A stretch of 64,000 bases of DNA from assembly GCF_036588685.1 (NCBI RefSeq), contig NC_086376.1:45446001-45510000 (forward strand), read 5' to 3'. The DNA comes from Mytilus trossulus. Its lineage: Eukaryota. The position numbers were made by a program, and so were the translations under genes. Below are positions 51,516 to 64,000 of this stretch, piece by piece. The stretch's first letter is position 1. Each line of letters starts with the position of its first letter. The notes beneath the pieces are model-generated. The model had not been told where the DNA came from. It saw nothing but the letters and a program-made list of their open reading frames with translations, and did no database searches.

Positions 51516-53774
51516 GTTTTTTTTATGATCCTTCATCCTGTCTGAATTAAATACAAAATGAACCTATATGTTGGCATTGCACACGGCAATTCTTGTATCC
51601 GACTGTTTATGACGTCTTCTTACTAAATCTATTGGATATGTACTAATTGATACTTTTAACCTGGAAGAATATATCTATTTATTAATTATTATTACCTATA
51701 AACAAGCTTTCTTTCACTGTAACTTTTTTTATTATGATGTGTTGTTATCCTTCTGTCACTGCATTAGGAGGTGGTTGAGCTGTATATTTTCCAGTTTCAA
51801 ACCAGGAGCCAGTATTTCAATGATTGTCGATGGTTTCTGTCTGTTATTTATGTGTTTCGTTGATTATTTTGTCAAACAAAGGCCATTTTTCTCGTTTCAA
51901 TTTTTTCAAAATTTATAACTGGGTTTTGCTCATTGTTCAGGGTCGCACGTTGACCTGAGGTTGAAGAAATCCGTGCTTAAATCCACTTCATTAGAACTCC
52001 GTTGATTGATTGTCCCGTTGAAAATCATACCGCATATCTTTATTTCATAGATATATTTCCTGTGACATCTTACAACAATAAATAAGAGTTTATGTAATTT
52101 TTTAACTTCATAAATCATAGTGAAACATTCATGTATATTGTCCATTGTGTATATCAGAAAATTTAAGAATCGACCAAAATCTATGCTCTTTCACTAAACT
52201 TTTATACATAAAAAAGCAGAAACTGTGAGTTGCTTAATGACTCTAACTGATCTGAGAAGGAATTGATAGATTAAAGTTTTGAGACGTTCTTCAAAATATC
52301 GTGTCAAATTAAAATAAAGAATTATATACTTGTATTTGTTTTCATATCAAATAATCACTAGAGGTGAAATGAACGAGCACTTAGTTTGCAGATAGTTATC
52401 TCATTGGAAATACTACCGATCTCCTTATCCTGTTTTAAATACAGGCACTACAATTGACAGACGATTAAACGATAAACAGGCAAATAACATCCGGTACAGT
52501 ATGGTCAGTAAAAAGGCTGTTCATATCAACTTAGATTGGTAACTGTATCTTGTCTAACACTTATACGTCACCAGTTTGATTAGACTGGTACCCTTGCGTT
52601 ATTTAGATTCTTGACAATATTTGTATTCTCCGAAGACATACTGGATATTTTACGGAGGGAATCAACTTACGTTTGATAAACTATCAGCACACGTGACTAC
52701 TCTGGTGTCGAAATATGGCCCCATAACCCTTTACCTCCTCCTATATAAGGAGACAATTATTTACAAGTACAGATGAAACAGATTTATTCGTAAGATTTTT
52801 CCAAATACACTTTACGTTCTTAATATGCATTTTTATTTTTATCTTCTTCTTTGAAAATCTTTTTTATCAAAGGCAATTAAATATTTGGAACAATCTCACA
52901 AACTGTATGAAGTTTCTACTAAAGTTAATGAAATATGTTGCAGCTATATTCTTGACAGGTATAACAAAGAAAAACTCGTGAGCCGTAAGCCTCGATTTGA
53001 ACATCTGCTCATTATGGTGGTCTCGTGTTTAATCATTGAACTTACTTTATCATTAAACTGCAATTTAATTGCCTTGATTGAATTATTAAACTGGAAGTAA
53101 CACTATTAGATCTATTTTTAAAAGCCTGTGTACATTGTCTGTGAAATAAATGTTAATAAATTTGACTGGTTGAATGTAGTACAATGATGTAGGAACAGTA
53201 TATATCCTTTTAACTTAAAATGATACGAGTTCACTCCCACTAGAGAGTTTGATGTTTATGGAGATTTATTTTCTCTTCAAAAGACTCGTTAGAATAAATA
53301 AGGAAATAAACACACACTCAATATTTGTTGACAGTAATGAATAAGACTGAAATGGAATAAAAATTGAAACGGAATAGTGAGAGAAAGTACTAATAACAAA
53401 ACATAAAATATTATACTTTAAAAGACAAGAGTTCCTTATGGCACACCACCATACAAAATGAATACAAAAACCTATTACAGTTTATTGTTTGAATGTGCTA
53501 AATTAAATATGTCCTCCAAATTTGATTCAGCTGTAGAAAAATAAAAACACTAACGAGACGGAAGTTCAATACCATGTAATAACCAAACATAAATATTAGA
53601 AGTCGCTAAACGGTGCCTTCTAAATAGCTATTACTTTCTTCAGCCCCATATGTTAGTTATTCGGAATTTCCGAATCTCGACGCTTTGAGATCGGAGTCAA
53701 CATACGCCTAGGTTATGTGAGAATAAACATAAATATCCTTGAAATTGTTCAATAACATTGGGATAGTTATAACG

Positions 53775-54360
53775 AATTATTACCCTAGCCGTATTGGGCA
53801 CAACTTTTTGGAACTGGTGGTCCTCAATGCTCTTCAACTTTGTACTTCTTTTGGCTTTCGAACATTTTTCATCAGAGCGTCATTGGTACGTCAAGAAGTG
53901 TGTTGACAAGACGCGCGTCTGGCGTATTAAATTTTAAACCTGGCACCTTTTGTTAGCTATTATTCGTGTGTTTCTATGTCCTGTTTATTCTCCCATTTAT
54001 TTGTATTGTAGTCCTGTCATGTAGTGTTGTCATTTTGATGTTATATTTAACATTGCCATTAAAGCGGGAGGTTTGGAATGCCACAAAACCAGGTTCAAAC
54101 CACCATTTTTTTTTTATTAAAATGTCCTGTACCAAGTCAAGAAATATTAGATAGATATAGGAAGATGTGGTGTGAGTGCCAATGAGACAACTCTCCATCC
54201 AAATAACAATTTTTAACAAGTAAACCATTATAGAGTTCGTTTCTGTTAGTGTGTGTTACTTTTTTATGTTGTTTTTTTGGTGTGTCGTAGTTCTACTCTT
54301 ATGTTTGATGTGTCCCCCTCAGTTTAAGTTTGTAACCCGGATTTGGGTTTTTTCCCATTT
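53775..54360 (+). mobile_element. Composite element: family 1 hammerhead remnant + family C repeat, interrupted by a family A end at 54147-54232
   Basis: ACGCGCGTC-TGGCGTATTAAATTTTAAACCTGGCACCTTTTG followed by the family C body; same junction as the 49815-50360 copy. Confidence 0.7.
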
Positions 54361-55874
54361 ATTTACAACTTTCATAGCATATACACTTGAAACTTTTAAG
54401 TAAAGCAAATTAAAACAAGAAAACAAACAGTACATGCAATAGGTAGTTTCAACAGTTTGGTCGACTAGTATGAAGGCCGGGGAAATTTTGACAGAAGACT
54501 GCCACTTTAAAAAGAAGGTCGCTATAAAAGAACAAAAATAATAGACTTTGGATTTAGAATTCAACACGTATATGGAATACTTTAATCTGTAATGTTTTTT
54601 CCAATATGTTTCAACCAAATTGTAACAATGCCTAGTACAATGAACTTTTTTTATTCGTATTGGGTTATGTATAAAGTGTATTATCTTTTGTTTCTTTTGT
54701 TTTGATTTATTGCTTGTGTTGTGTTTTGTGTAGGTGTGTTTTGGTTTTTTTTTTAATGTTGGGGTCTTGTCACCTTATTTTGCCTTTTAAATTTTAAATG
54801 TTTTAAAACTGTCTGAATTTGCAATTCCTATATTATGAACTAGAAAGATGGATTCTATAACATAACCTGTAAAACAAAATCTTTTCTTTCTATGCCTAAT
54901 AATAGTTTATTTTATTTTGCAAACAATTAGCTCACGTGTTTGTCCTTAGTCATTTTATGTTCAAATGTGAATTAAAGAAGATGAAGCGTAATGTAAGTTA
55001 CACAGCAACCATATAACATAAGCTTACCGAACATAGACAAGAAGTCAGAGGTCGACATATAGCTTTTAATGATTGACAACCAAATGGCAAGCTGTAATCC
55101 GTCCTAAGTCTAGACAAGTAATGATTTAATAACTTTTAAACAAACGTCAAATTCGGTAAATAAAACAAAAAGATAACAATTGACGAAAATCCTGACTTTG
55201 AAAAGACAACTATGTGGTATAAGGAAATGTTTTGTCATTATGCAAACCTCCATTTGCAGTGATAGCTTGGTTGTTGCTTGTTTCAGTCTAGTAGCATTCA
55301 TTTTATGCAAGTTCAGGACACGAACAATTATTATTCTACAAAATCAATAAGATAGGTTCTTCAAATTTTGCTCGGGTGTAAAAAAAGGTTGAGACATTTG
55401 GACTACCAATAGAAAAAAAGCGTAAAGTTGGGTAGAGATATACATTTGCTTTCCAAAACATCACTTTTGGACCCTTAAAAGCGAAGGTATTTTTACACAC
55501 GGAGAGTGTGGCTTTCTCCCTTTACAAGACATTACATTTTAATGACTAGTGTCGACGACAGGAAAATGTAACACTATCGTTATAAGTTGGTACTGGAGAT
55601 CTCAATTATTCTAAAATAACTGTGACAACAAACTGCTGATCAATATACAACGTTATCTCATTTCATTTATAGTTGTTGATTTCTCTCGAACTATTACTTT
55701 GTCTATACTGTTTGTGTTCTTCTTTGGTAATCAAAATTTGATGATATTGTGACTGCATATTAAGGCAGAGATAAAAAGAAAAGATATTAAATTATCAAAA
55801 GAACAATGAATAAATATAATTTACCAGAACGTGGAAATATTCAAAAATATAAAAGCTAAAAGATAGAAAATGGC

Positions 55875-56125
55875 TATGTCGTTTGTTTATGTGTTACATA
55901 TTTGTATTTCGTTTATTTTTTTTTACATAAATAAGGCCGTTAGTTTTCTCGTTTGAATTGTTTTACATTGTCTTATCGGGGTCTTTTATAGCTGACTATG
56001 CGGTATGGGCTTTGCTCATTGTTGAAGGCCGTACGGTGACCTATAGTTGTTAATGTTTGTGTCATTTTGGTATTTTGTGGATAGTTGTCTCATTGGCAAT
56101 CATACCACATCTTCTTTTTTATATG
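55875..56125 (+). repeat. Family A 3' half
   Basis: Near-identical to 30137-30382. Confidence 0.85.
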
Positions 56126-56534
56126 TATCTATTTTTTTTCTTAACGTGTTTGACACGGGTTGTTAAAAAAAGGAATACACCCGGAAAAATAACCGGGTGT
56201 TATCCACGGGTGGGGGGGGGGGGGGGTAACTTCCTATTATTGGGTAAACGGGGATGTGCCAAAAATATGGGTCATGATTTTGCGATATTTTATATAAAAA
56301 TTACCCTCCTTTTTAATGACATCCTATATTAAAATCCATTTATGTTTGATAACTGTACATTGATTTGGGGTATGATCTACATATCATATATAAATATGCT
56401 ATTGAGAATCTTACATTATTAATGGTCAATTATTATATTGAATTAAATCAATTCATTTGAAAGTTCACCTTTCAAATAAGTTCCCAAATGTGCACCAAAC
56501 GATGTCAATTCATATATAAAAACTAAAGGGTAGC

Positions 56535-56587
56535 TGGTAATTTATGAATTATGGTAATTTATGAATTATGGTAATTTATGAATTATG
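56535..56587. repeat. 17-bp tandem repeat x3
   Basis: TGGTAATTTATGAATTA repeated three times. Confidence 0.9.
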
Positions 56588-58432
56588 AGTGATGATGAGT
56601 TAGTGCTTATTATAAGAACGTTCAACACAAGGTTTACTTACATACGCAGCAATTCTCTATCAAGAAAATCACGATAAGAAATAAGCCCTGGACCATCGTA
56701 TCAACCGGGAATATATGGAATATCCCTTATAATGGAAGGCGCTGGTTTAATGTTGCTACACAAATATGAAAAATCTAAAATTATCTTTATTTTGTAAAGT
56801 TTATTCATTATCATTCTACTTTCTACTTTCTATTCATTCTACTTGAGAATTAAACTCCTGTATAAATGTTTGTATATGCAAATAAATGTTCAAGAAGAGG
56901 AGCATATTTGGCTCCCACAATAAACCACAACACTACCAATACAAAACAAACAAACTGTTGTGTCTTAAAATCCCCGTATACCTATCATGAGATTTACCCC
57001 GAAGTCTAGCAGCAAATTCATCGAAAGGTTAAAACATTGATCTTATTTTCAATCTTTGGTACTAAACTTTGATATCTTTAAATCTTGTGTGTTTTTTGTT
57101 TTTTGTTTTTTGTTTTATATTTCATCTTAGAATTTCTGAAAAATTCATTTCTGAGCATGTACTTTTAACGGTTCAACCGGAGGCATACAGCAAGACAAAA
57201 TACCCCCTCCAAAACCACCATGATTTTCAAAGACAGACGAAGTTTCATCAGTTCATTTCTTTTGAACTTCTTTGCAGAACATATCATTATTGGATTTATG
57301 CAAATTGAAGTACATGATATAAATGTAAACTATTCATTTACAGCAACATATCGCTTAAAAAAATATTCCTTTATAAATAAGAACAAAAATGGAGACGTCT
57401 TTATACGAATCATATCACCACAAAATCAGAAAGTTTCTATTTTATTTTCAAACGGTTTTACTTCTGATTTGCATAATGAGGACAAATGTTTGTTTTACAG
57501 AGTCGAAGTAAATTTGTCTGATTATCACGGGGACATAAAAGAGATAAAATTCCTCATTAGTTAATCAATGACGATTTTCTCCCAGAAAAATAACTCCGCA
57601 ATATACTGATGTACGATAGATAAGCCGGAAATAGTTATAAGCGCTAGATTGGGGATTAAGAAGCACATATAGATTCATTTTTGATTCATGAGGCACCCAT
57701 TTGACTTAATGATGGATCAATCGTTCGCTGATCACGATTGCCCATTTCGAGAGAAGCTAATTGCCACTGATAACAGCTAAGTCCGACGAAAGAGCAATAA
57801 AAACTTAATATGTAGTGAATTAAAATGCGCATCAATTTACCGACGTAGTATTAAAAGGGATAAATTCGGGCGAAAACTGCTATTCAATTTTATCCCAAAC
57901 GCGTCAAATATAATACCATACAAATTGGTCGCCCATGAAACGGCGCAAAAAATAAGCGATATGTGATCATAGGTATTAGGACGATTCATTTTCTGACAAA
58001 ATAGCAGTGTTCTATGTACTGATTGGATGATTAAGTATTCTTTTCTAGTTACAGATAACCATATGTCCTGAGCCATCAATTTTAAGACAATCTTCTGTTT
58101 CTGGACGGACTGATATTTGCTATTTAATGGTTATTCAAAATCGCTGTAAAATGATTACATGGATATTTATTCCTCATGATATGAAAAAATTGATGCATTT
58201 CACTAATCCTCATTATAAAGTGTAAGTAGGAAATGAAAATTACAATAAGTTGGTCGTCTCATTCAGATTTATATGGAAAGGGGAAATATTGGAAGTAATT
58301 TTGTAGTCTAAAGCAATCCTAAGTGTTAAAATATTCGTTTTTTTAATCAGCCTTACCGTTATCTTCATCGCCGTCGTCATATTGCCAGAGAATAGAAAGC
58401 TAAGATTTCTTTTGTTTATAAATAAAGTGTTA

Positions 58433-60158
58433 CTAGAAGACACCCGCGAAATCGCGGGCATTCAGAGCGTAGTTTAAAGTATGAAAAGTGATGTTGGAAG
58501 AATTTGTAAAATATTGAATGACTGGAGAATTTCAGCAAAATTATCATAAGTCATAGGTTATTGGGGACAGGAAAATGTTGTTTTTTTTACCCCTCCTCCT
58601 TTATTTCCAATATTCCCATTTTTTTGGTTTTCTATTAATTTCAATGTGAACATACTTAAATTAGTATGTTATGAACATTCAAGTAAGTAGCCTGTAATTC
58701 AGTGGTTGTTTTTTTGTTTATGTGTTACATATTTGTTTTTCGTTCATTTTTTTTTGTACATAAATAAGGCCGCTTGAATTGTTTTACATTGTCAGTTCGG
58801 GGCCTTTTGAAGCTGAGTATGCGTTATGGGCTTTGCTCGTTGTTGAAGGTCGTACGGTAACCTATAGTTGTTTTAAATATCTGTGTCATATTAGTCTCTT
58901 GTGGAGAGTTGTCTCAACATGGCAATCATACCACATCTTCTTTTTTTTTTGCAATCAATGAATTTTGTAAAAGATTTAATGACTGGAGAATTTCAGAAAA
59001 GGTATCAAGAGTTCACATGAACATTTTTAGCGCTTATCTGTATATTATGAACATTCATTTAAGAATTGAGTGCTTCTTTATGCGATTGTTTACGGAATAA
59101 CATGTGATGTGCAGTAAGCCAATCAGAATAACGTATTATAATATTATAATGAAACTTACATCTATAAAATGTAATTATTACTATATAAATGTAGTGTATT
59201 TACTTTCAATTCGAAGTTTTCTAATCGATGCATAGTGGTCATTGATATAGTATACAGACCCTCTATTAAACTCTGTGATTGCCGTGGATAGTAAACTTGA
59301 AAATGATAGCAGATAGAATTCTGAAAACACACTTTATTCTTTGTATATGCATGTTCAAAGTATACAGAAAAACGCAAACCGGAAGTCTAATCTGACTTAA
59401 AATTTCGTCCAATGACGGGACAATATCCGGATGCCTTTTTTCTCGTTTTTCTCCAAAAATAACTCAATCTGAATAATCATATGGATGGATGACAAATGGC
59501 ACTATGCACTGTACCTATAGGACACAGAGGCGTGTTGATTAATTTATTGTGGAAAGAAGAGAAGCGACACCAAGAATGAGGTCTTCTCGTTTAATAGTAT
59601 AGATTCATTTAAGAATTGAGTGCTTCTTTATGCAATTGTTTATGGAATAACATGTGATGTGCAGTAAGCCAATCAGAATAACGTATTATAATATTATAAT
59701 GAAACTTACATCTATAAAATGTAATTATTACTATATAAATGTAGTGTATTTACTTTTAATTCGAAGTTTTCTAATCGATGAATAGTGGTCATTGATATAG
59801 TATACAGACCCTCTCTATTTATTAAAATCTGTGATTGCCGTGGATAGTAAACTTGAAAATGATAGCAGATAGAATTCTGAAAACACACTTTATTCTTTGT
59901 ATATGCATGTTCAAAGTATACAAAAAACGCAAACCGGAAGTCTAATCTGACTTAAAATTTCGTCCAATGACGGGACAATATCCGGATGCCTTTTTTCTCG
60001 TTTTTCTCCAAAAATAACTCAATCTGAATAATCATATGGATGGATGACAAATGGCACTATGCACTGTACCTATAGGACACAGAGGCGTGTTGATTAATTT
60101 ATTGTGGAAAGAAGAGAAGCGACACCAAAAATGAGGTCTTCTCGTTTAATAGTATAGA
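58433..60158 (-). mobile_element. Non-autonomous Helitron with duplicated 5' end
   Basis: Minus strand starts A|TCTATACTATTAAA at 60158 and ends with the hairpin CCCGCG-ATTT-CGCGGG followed by TCTTCTAG|T at 58433 (A^T target, no TSD). Tandem ~550-bp duplication at 59054-59603 / 59604-60158. Confidence 0.85.
58687..58950 (+). repeat. Family A 3' half nested inside the Helitron
   Basis: AGCCTGTAATTCAGTGGTTG...GGCAATCATACCACATCTTCTTTTTT. Confidence 0.8.
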
Positions 60159-62719
60159 TGTGTTTTCGTTTAACTCGAGAGTAAATTATTTTGTCTAATT
60201 CTTAAAACGGGATTGATGTTATTAACTCAAAAGTCGTTAATTCAGAAACTCCTTAACTATTTAATCGTACTACTGTCACTACTATCAGTGTAAATGTTTT
60301 TTGTATTAACTAGATTGTTTGGTTTCAAACTTTAGAGCATTTGATTGTAGTTTGATAACTAAAATATAGTGGAATAGTCATTTTAATAATTTTCTTTAAA
60401 AACAGATTAATATTAGTATGTAATTTAAAGATTATGTGATAACGCAAACATAACCTCGCACCTAAAGATGTAAAACCATGAAACCGACGAGCAGTTGCCC
60501 TTAGGCTATAATTTTTAGGTATTTTTCCCATGGTCTCTTCAACTTTTTCTGTTCGTTTGATCCCCCAGGCTTTCAAATGTTTCAACTTCAAGAGCGCTTC
60601 GGACCGCCGCATGAATTTTGTAAAGTGTTGTTTTCATATTTTGATTTAAACTTATTTATTTTTTAAATTTTGCATTTTTTAATTTATCTTATCAAACGCA
60701 CTAAGATTATCTTATGTTCAACAGGGAAAAAAACACTATGGGTTCTCTTCTCATCCAAGGTCTTGTGATATATGACTTTTATGTTATTATGTCTATTACC
60801 CTTGTTTCTGAGGTTCATCAGTTGTATCAAGGGTGTGCAATTAAGTGCGTTGTGATGCAAACATTTAAACAACAAAAAAATTGTACATCTTGCACAAACT
60901 AGATCTAAGTCTGTTATTAACTACCAGGCATTTTCAGTTCTATGTAGCCATTAATAAAGAACAAATCCTGCAATACATACGAAGGACACATGTTTCAGGA
61001 ACAACCGTTATCGCGTACTCATCAGCCCGAACGTTTGACGAACAAGAGGAGGCATAACCCCCTAAATAGCGCTTACAGAAATGCTATATTCGTTAAAACT
61101 TATAAGAGATAGAAAAGTAGCAAGGCTTATTCAATGAAATGAGAAAAAAATAAATAGTTCAGAGTATACATTTCAAATTTTCGAAAATTTCCATAAAATT
61201 AGAAATAACGCAACTAATCTATCTGGACCTTCTTATACTGTTTTACATGAAATTCACAATCTGCAAATTCAATACTTTAAAGCAGAAAGTATGTACTTTT
61301 TGAATTTTGAACTAATCAGTTAAATGCTATATATGTTTTGCATATTGGATCTTTTTTTAAACTCAGAATTTCGAAGTTGTGAAACTTAACACAGTTTTAA
61401 TAAAGAAATTCTGACACATATTTTGGTGATGGAACGAATATTTGGAGATAAAACTATCCTGCGATTAGAAACATTTTTGGTAAACTGAGTCATAAGGAGG
61501 CACATTTCAGCAAATTCATTTTAGCTAAGCAACCTAGCTTGATAATACTTTACTTATTCATTTACGCATGCGTATTAAAGATGAACAGAAAATGAAATTT
61601 AACAGTTAATAAAATAAAGAGTACAGTTTCTTGTTGAATAAAGAATGTGAAATAGAATGTAAAATTTATTATAATTAACGATGGAATGATACGATCTTAT
61701 TGTCAACGCGAAAATTTTATATCCATCATGAAAAACGATTATTAAGTTTAAATAATGTCAAAATACCCAAATTGAGACGTGTTGTTTTATCGGTTTCTCC
61801 CAGAAATCTTTAATCTGTCATTAATGAAGATTAATGATTCTAAAACGACATTAATTCAAATTTATGTCGAAGTTTTGAAGAATTTGTTTGTCGCGTTTCC
61901 ACTTTTATTCCTTGCCGACCCCGACAATACTTTGTTTGGACCATGTCACCAGAACAGAGGTATAAAGCGATCATGGGGGTATACTTGACATGCAAGATGT
62001 TTAATTTGACAAAATCGACACAATTATCAAATAAAAGTCACAATTGGACTGTTTAATTCTACCCATTTATTTGATAATGCATGAAAACTGAACAATGAAA
62101 TTGACCACGAACAACTTAAGATGTCCAAATGTGAATACTCCTTATTGGATATCATCAGAGTAGAATAAAACATTTTCTTCTTCAATGTAATCAAGAGGTA
62201 ATTAATAGAGGATTTATTCCATAATAAAACTTCTATTAATATGAATTACTGTCGTCTAAATAAATACCCAATAATGGTGACACGACTATAGTCTACAAAC
62301 CGCAATCATTTCACCATTTTCAAAAAACTCTGTTATTTCGATATATCAAGTTAATCACATAAAAAAGTGAAAATATGTATAGTCTACAAGCTTCATGCTC
62401 TAACGATGATGAATTGCATGTGGTCGTAGTCCAAAAAATCACTGTAGAATAATTCAAATGAAAAAAACGAACATTTACCGCACCCTTTTGATAATGAATA
62501 GTTATAAACTCGCTTCCAAGGAAGAGGGTATTCACACGTTCTTCTATCTATGCACCCGTCTGCTCCATGACATAAATGTCGATCTTTTCTCATGAGCTAA
62601 AGTCAAAGCTTCTTGACGTTAGTTTTAAGATTCAGGTAAGCATGCTATACTCTCTGATCCATTTGTAGATTTGTCTTTCAATAAGTTAATGTTTACATAA
62701 TATTTATTGAATCTTATAA

Positions 62720-63713
62720 TGCGGGGTTCACACATTGCCGATTATTGCTCCCGTTTGAGATCAGACAGCAATACGATATGAAAAGTGAAAAAGTCGGATT
62801 GGTATCCTCAATTATCTGGAATGTCCTATCATTGTCTGAACGCATTCGTTTTAGTTCGTAACAGATTCCTACGGATCGGGAAGGGTCCGAATAGTTCGGC
62901 AAAGCATCCCGACAGTTAGGTGCGTCCCGTAACATTCAGGGCAACTCAGCCGATTTTGTCTAATCGGATTACAATCGTGGCTATGTCGTGACAGATTCTG
63001 CTGTATCGGATCGAATTCCGAACAATGTCTTGTGTATTCTGGACGGTGTCCTGTGGAACGGGAATGATCCGGAGTAATTTTTCATAGCTGTTTTTCTGCC
63101 GATTGAGTCCAGATTGCATCCAGATCTTGTCGATTGCGAACCGTTTTTTGCCGAAACCGTTCCGAAACAGTCCCGTTATAAATACGAAATTCGTCAATGA
63201 TACCCACGTCAGAGTCCCGACAACTACAGAATACAATACGACTGAGACCAGACAAAGCCGTTTGCAATGCGATAGAGCGGACCGTGATAGGATTACGTTC
63301 CGACAGTACCTGATCATCCCGAACATGACGACAGTTTTCGAACAAATAACTTCCGTCAGCGTCGGTTCACTGTCTGGTCACTGTCTGATCTCAGTCGGAT
63401 TACATTCGGTAGAGTCGGGACGCAGTCGTGACAGACTCGGTCGAATTTTACCTGGCGAAAAATACAAATCGGATTAGAAGCGGATTCAGAACGGGATTAT
63501 CGGGACTTATTCGCTTAGAAACGGTTGAATATCGGTGCTTCCTGAACACTATCTGATTGTTGTCGTGATCAAATTATTTTTTTTACAAATTTTAATTTAA
63601 GTTTGAATTTCCATCCACGATTCACAGGATCTTGATCAGACTTTTAATAAATTTTAATCGGGAATGGTCCTGTCAAGAACGGTAGTAAAAATCGTGAATG
63701 TGTGACCCCAGCT
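62720..63713. mobile_element. Non-autonomous PIF/Harbinger-type DNA transposon (994 bp)
   Basis: Imperfect ~35-bp TIRs (TGCGGGGTTCACACATTGCCGATT / AATCGTGAATGTGTGACCCCAGCT) with a TAA target duplication at 62717-62719 and 63714-63716. CpG-rich interior of short repeated motifs. Confidence 0.82.
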
Positions 63714-64000
63714 TAAGGCCATAACTAAAAACAATCTACGATTTGTTTCTCATGAACAAAAAAGTTCCCTGGAATTTGAAATCAAGCTTCCTGTTCTGAG
63801 CATTTATACTGTGTGTCAGTGTGTGATACATTTCCTATCAATGGTATCCAGTTATTCATCAGATTATAGTGAGGGTATTATTTGTGAACAATGCTTTTCG
63901 GTGTAACGTGTTGTCTCGCTGGAAATAATACCAAATCTCCTCATTTGAATAAAGACAGGTGTCTAAAAAACTAAAAATTGAGAGTACTTGTTTTAATTCT

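Noticed and set aside
60795-60825. CUGAUGA-ACCUCA-GAAAC-AAGG-GUA (minus strand)
   Set aside because: No helix I or helix II pairing.
62714-63477. Overlapping ORFs of 73-126 aa on both strands
   Set aside because: They lie inside the Harbinger-type non-autonomous element. Higher GC and short repeated motifs reduce stop frequency, and there are no transposase or Myb motifs.

Overview
AT-rich animal genomic DNA. The repeat content looks like a bivalve mollusc, probably a Mytilus mussel; this is an inference from repeat motifs and was not verified. One protein-coding gene is supportable: a three-exon Nkx6 (NK6/HGTX) homeobox gene on the minus strand (CDS 21316-20878, 16689-16520, 3836-3651; 264 aa; GT-AG introns of about 4.2 and 12.7 kb). 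About 42 kb of gene-free sequence lies upstream of it. The rest is a mosaic of non-autonomous mobile elements: two PIF/Harbinger-type TIR elements, a Helitron with two 5' ends, a Helentron/HINE-like element, tRNA-derived SINE-like elements and several dispersed repeat families that share a core. The most striking unannotated signal is a set of minimal type I hammerhead ribozymes (CUGANGA-helix II-GAAA-palindromic helix III-NUH). They come from at least two families, with about a dozen intact or decayed copies. They are arranged as retrozyme / Penelope-like tandem units (335-nt and 577-nt periods), and one remnant sits next to a decayed Penelope-like reverse-transcriptase fragment. Two copies lie in Nkx6 intron 2 in the pre-mRNA sense orientation. 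Almost all short ORFs in the supplied track are judged spurious.
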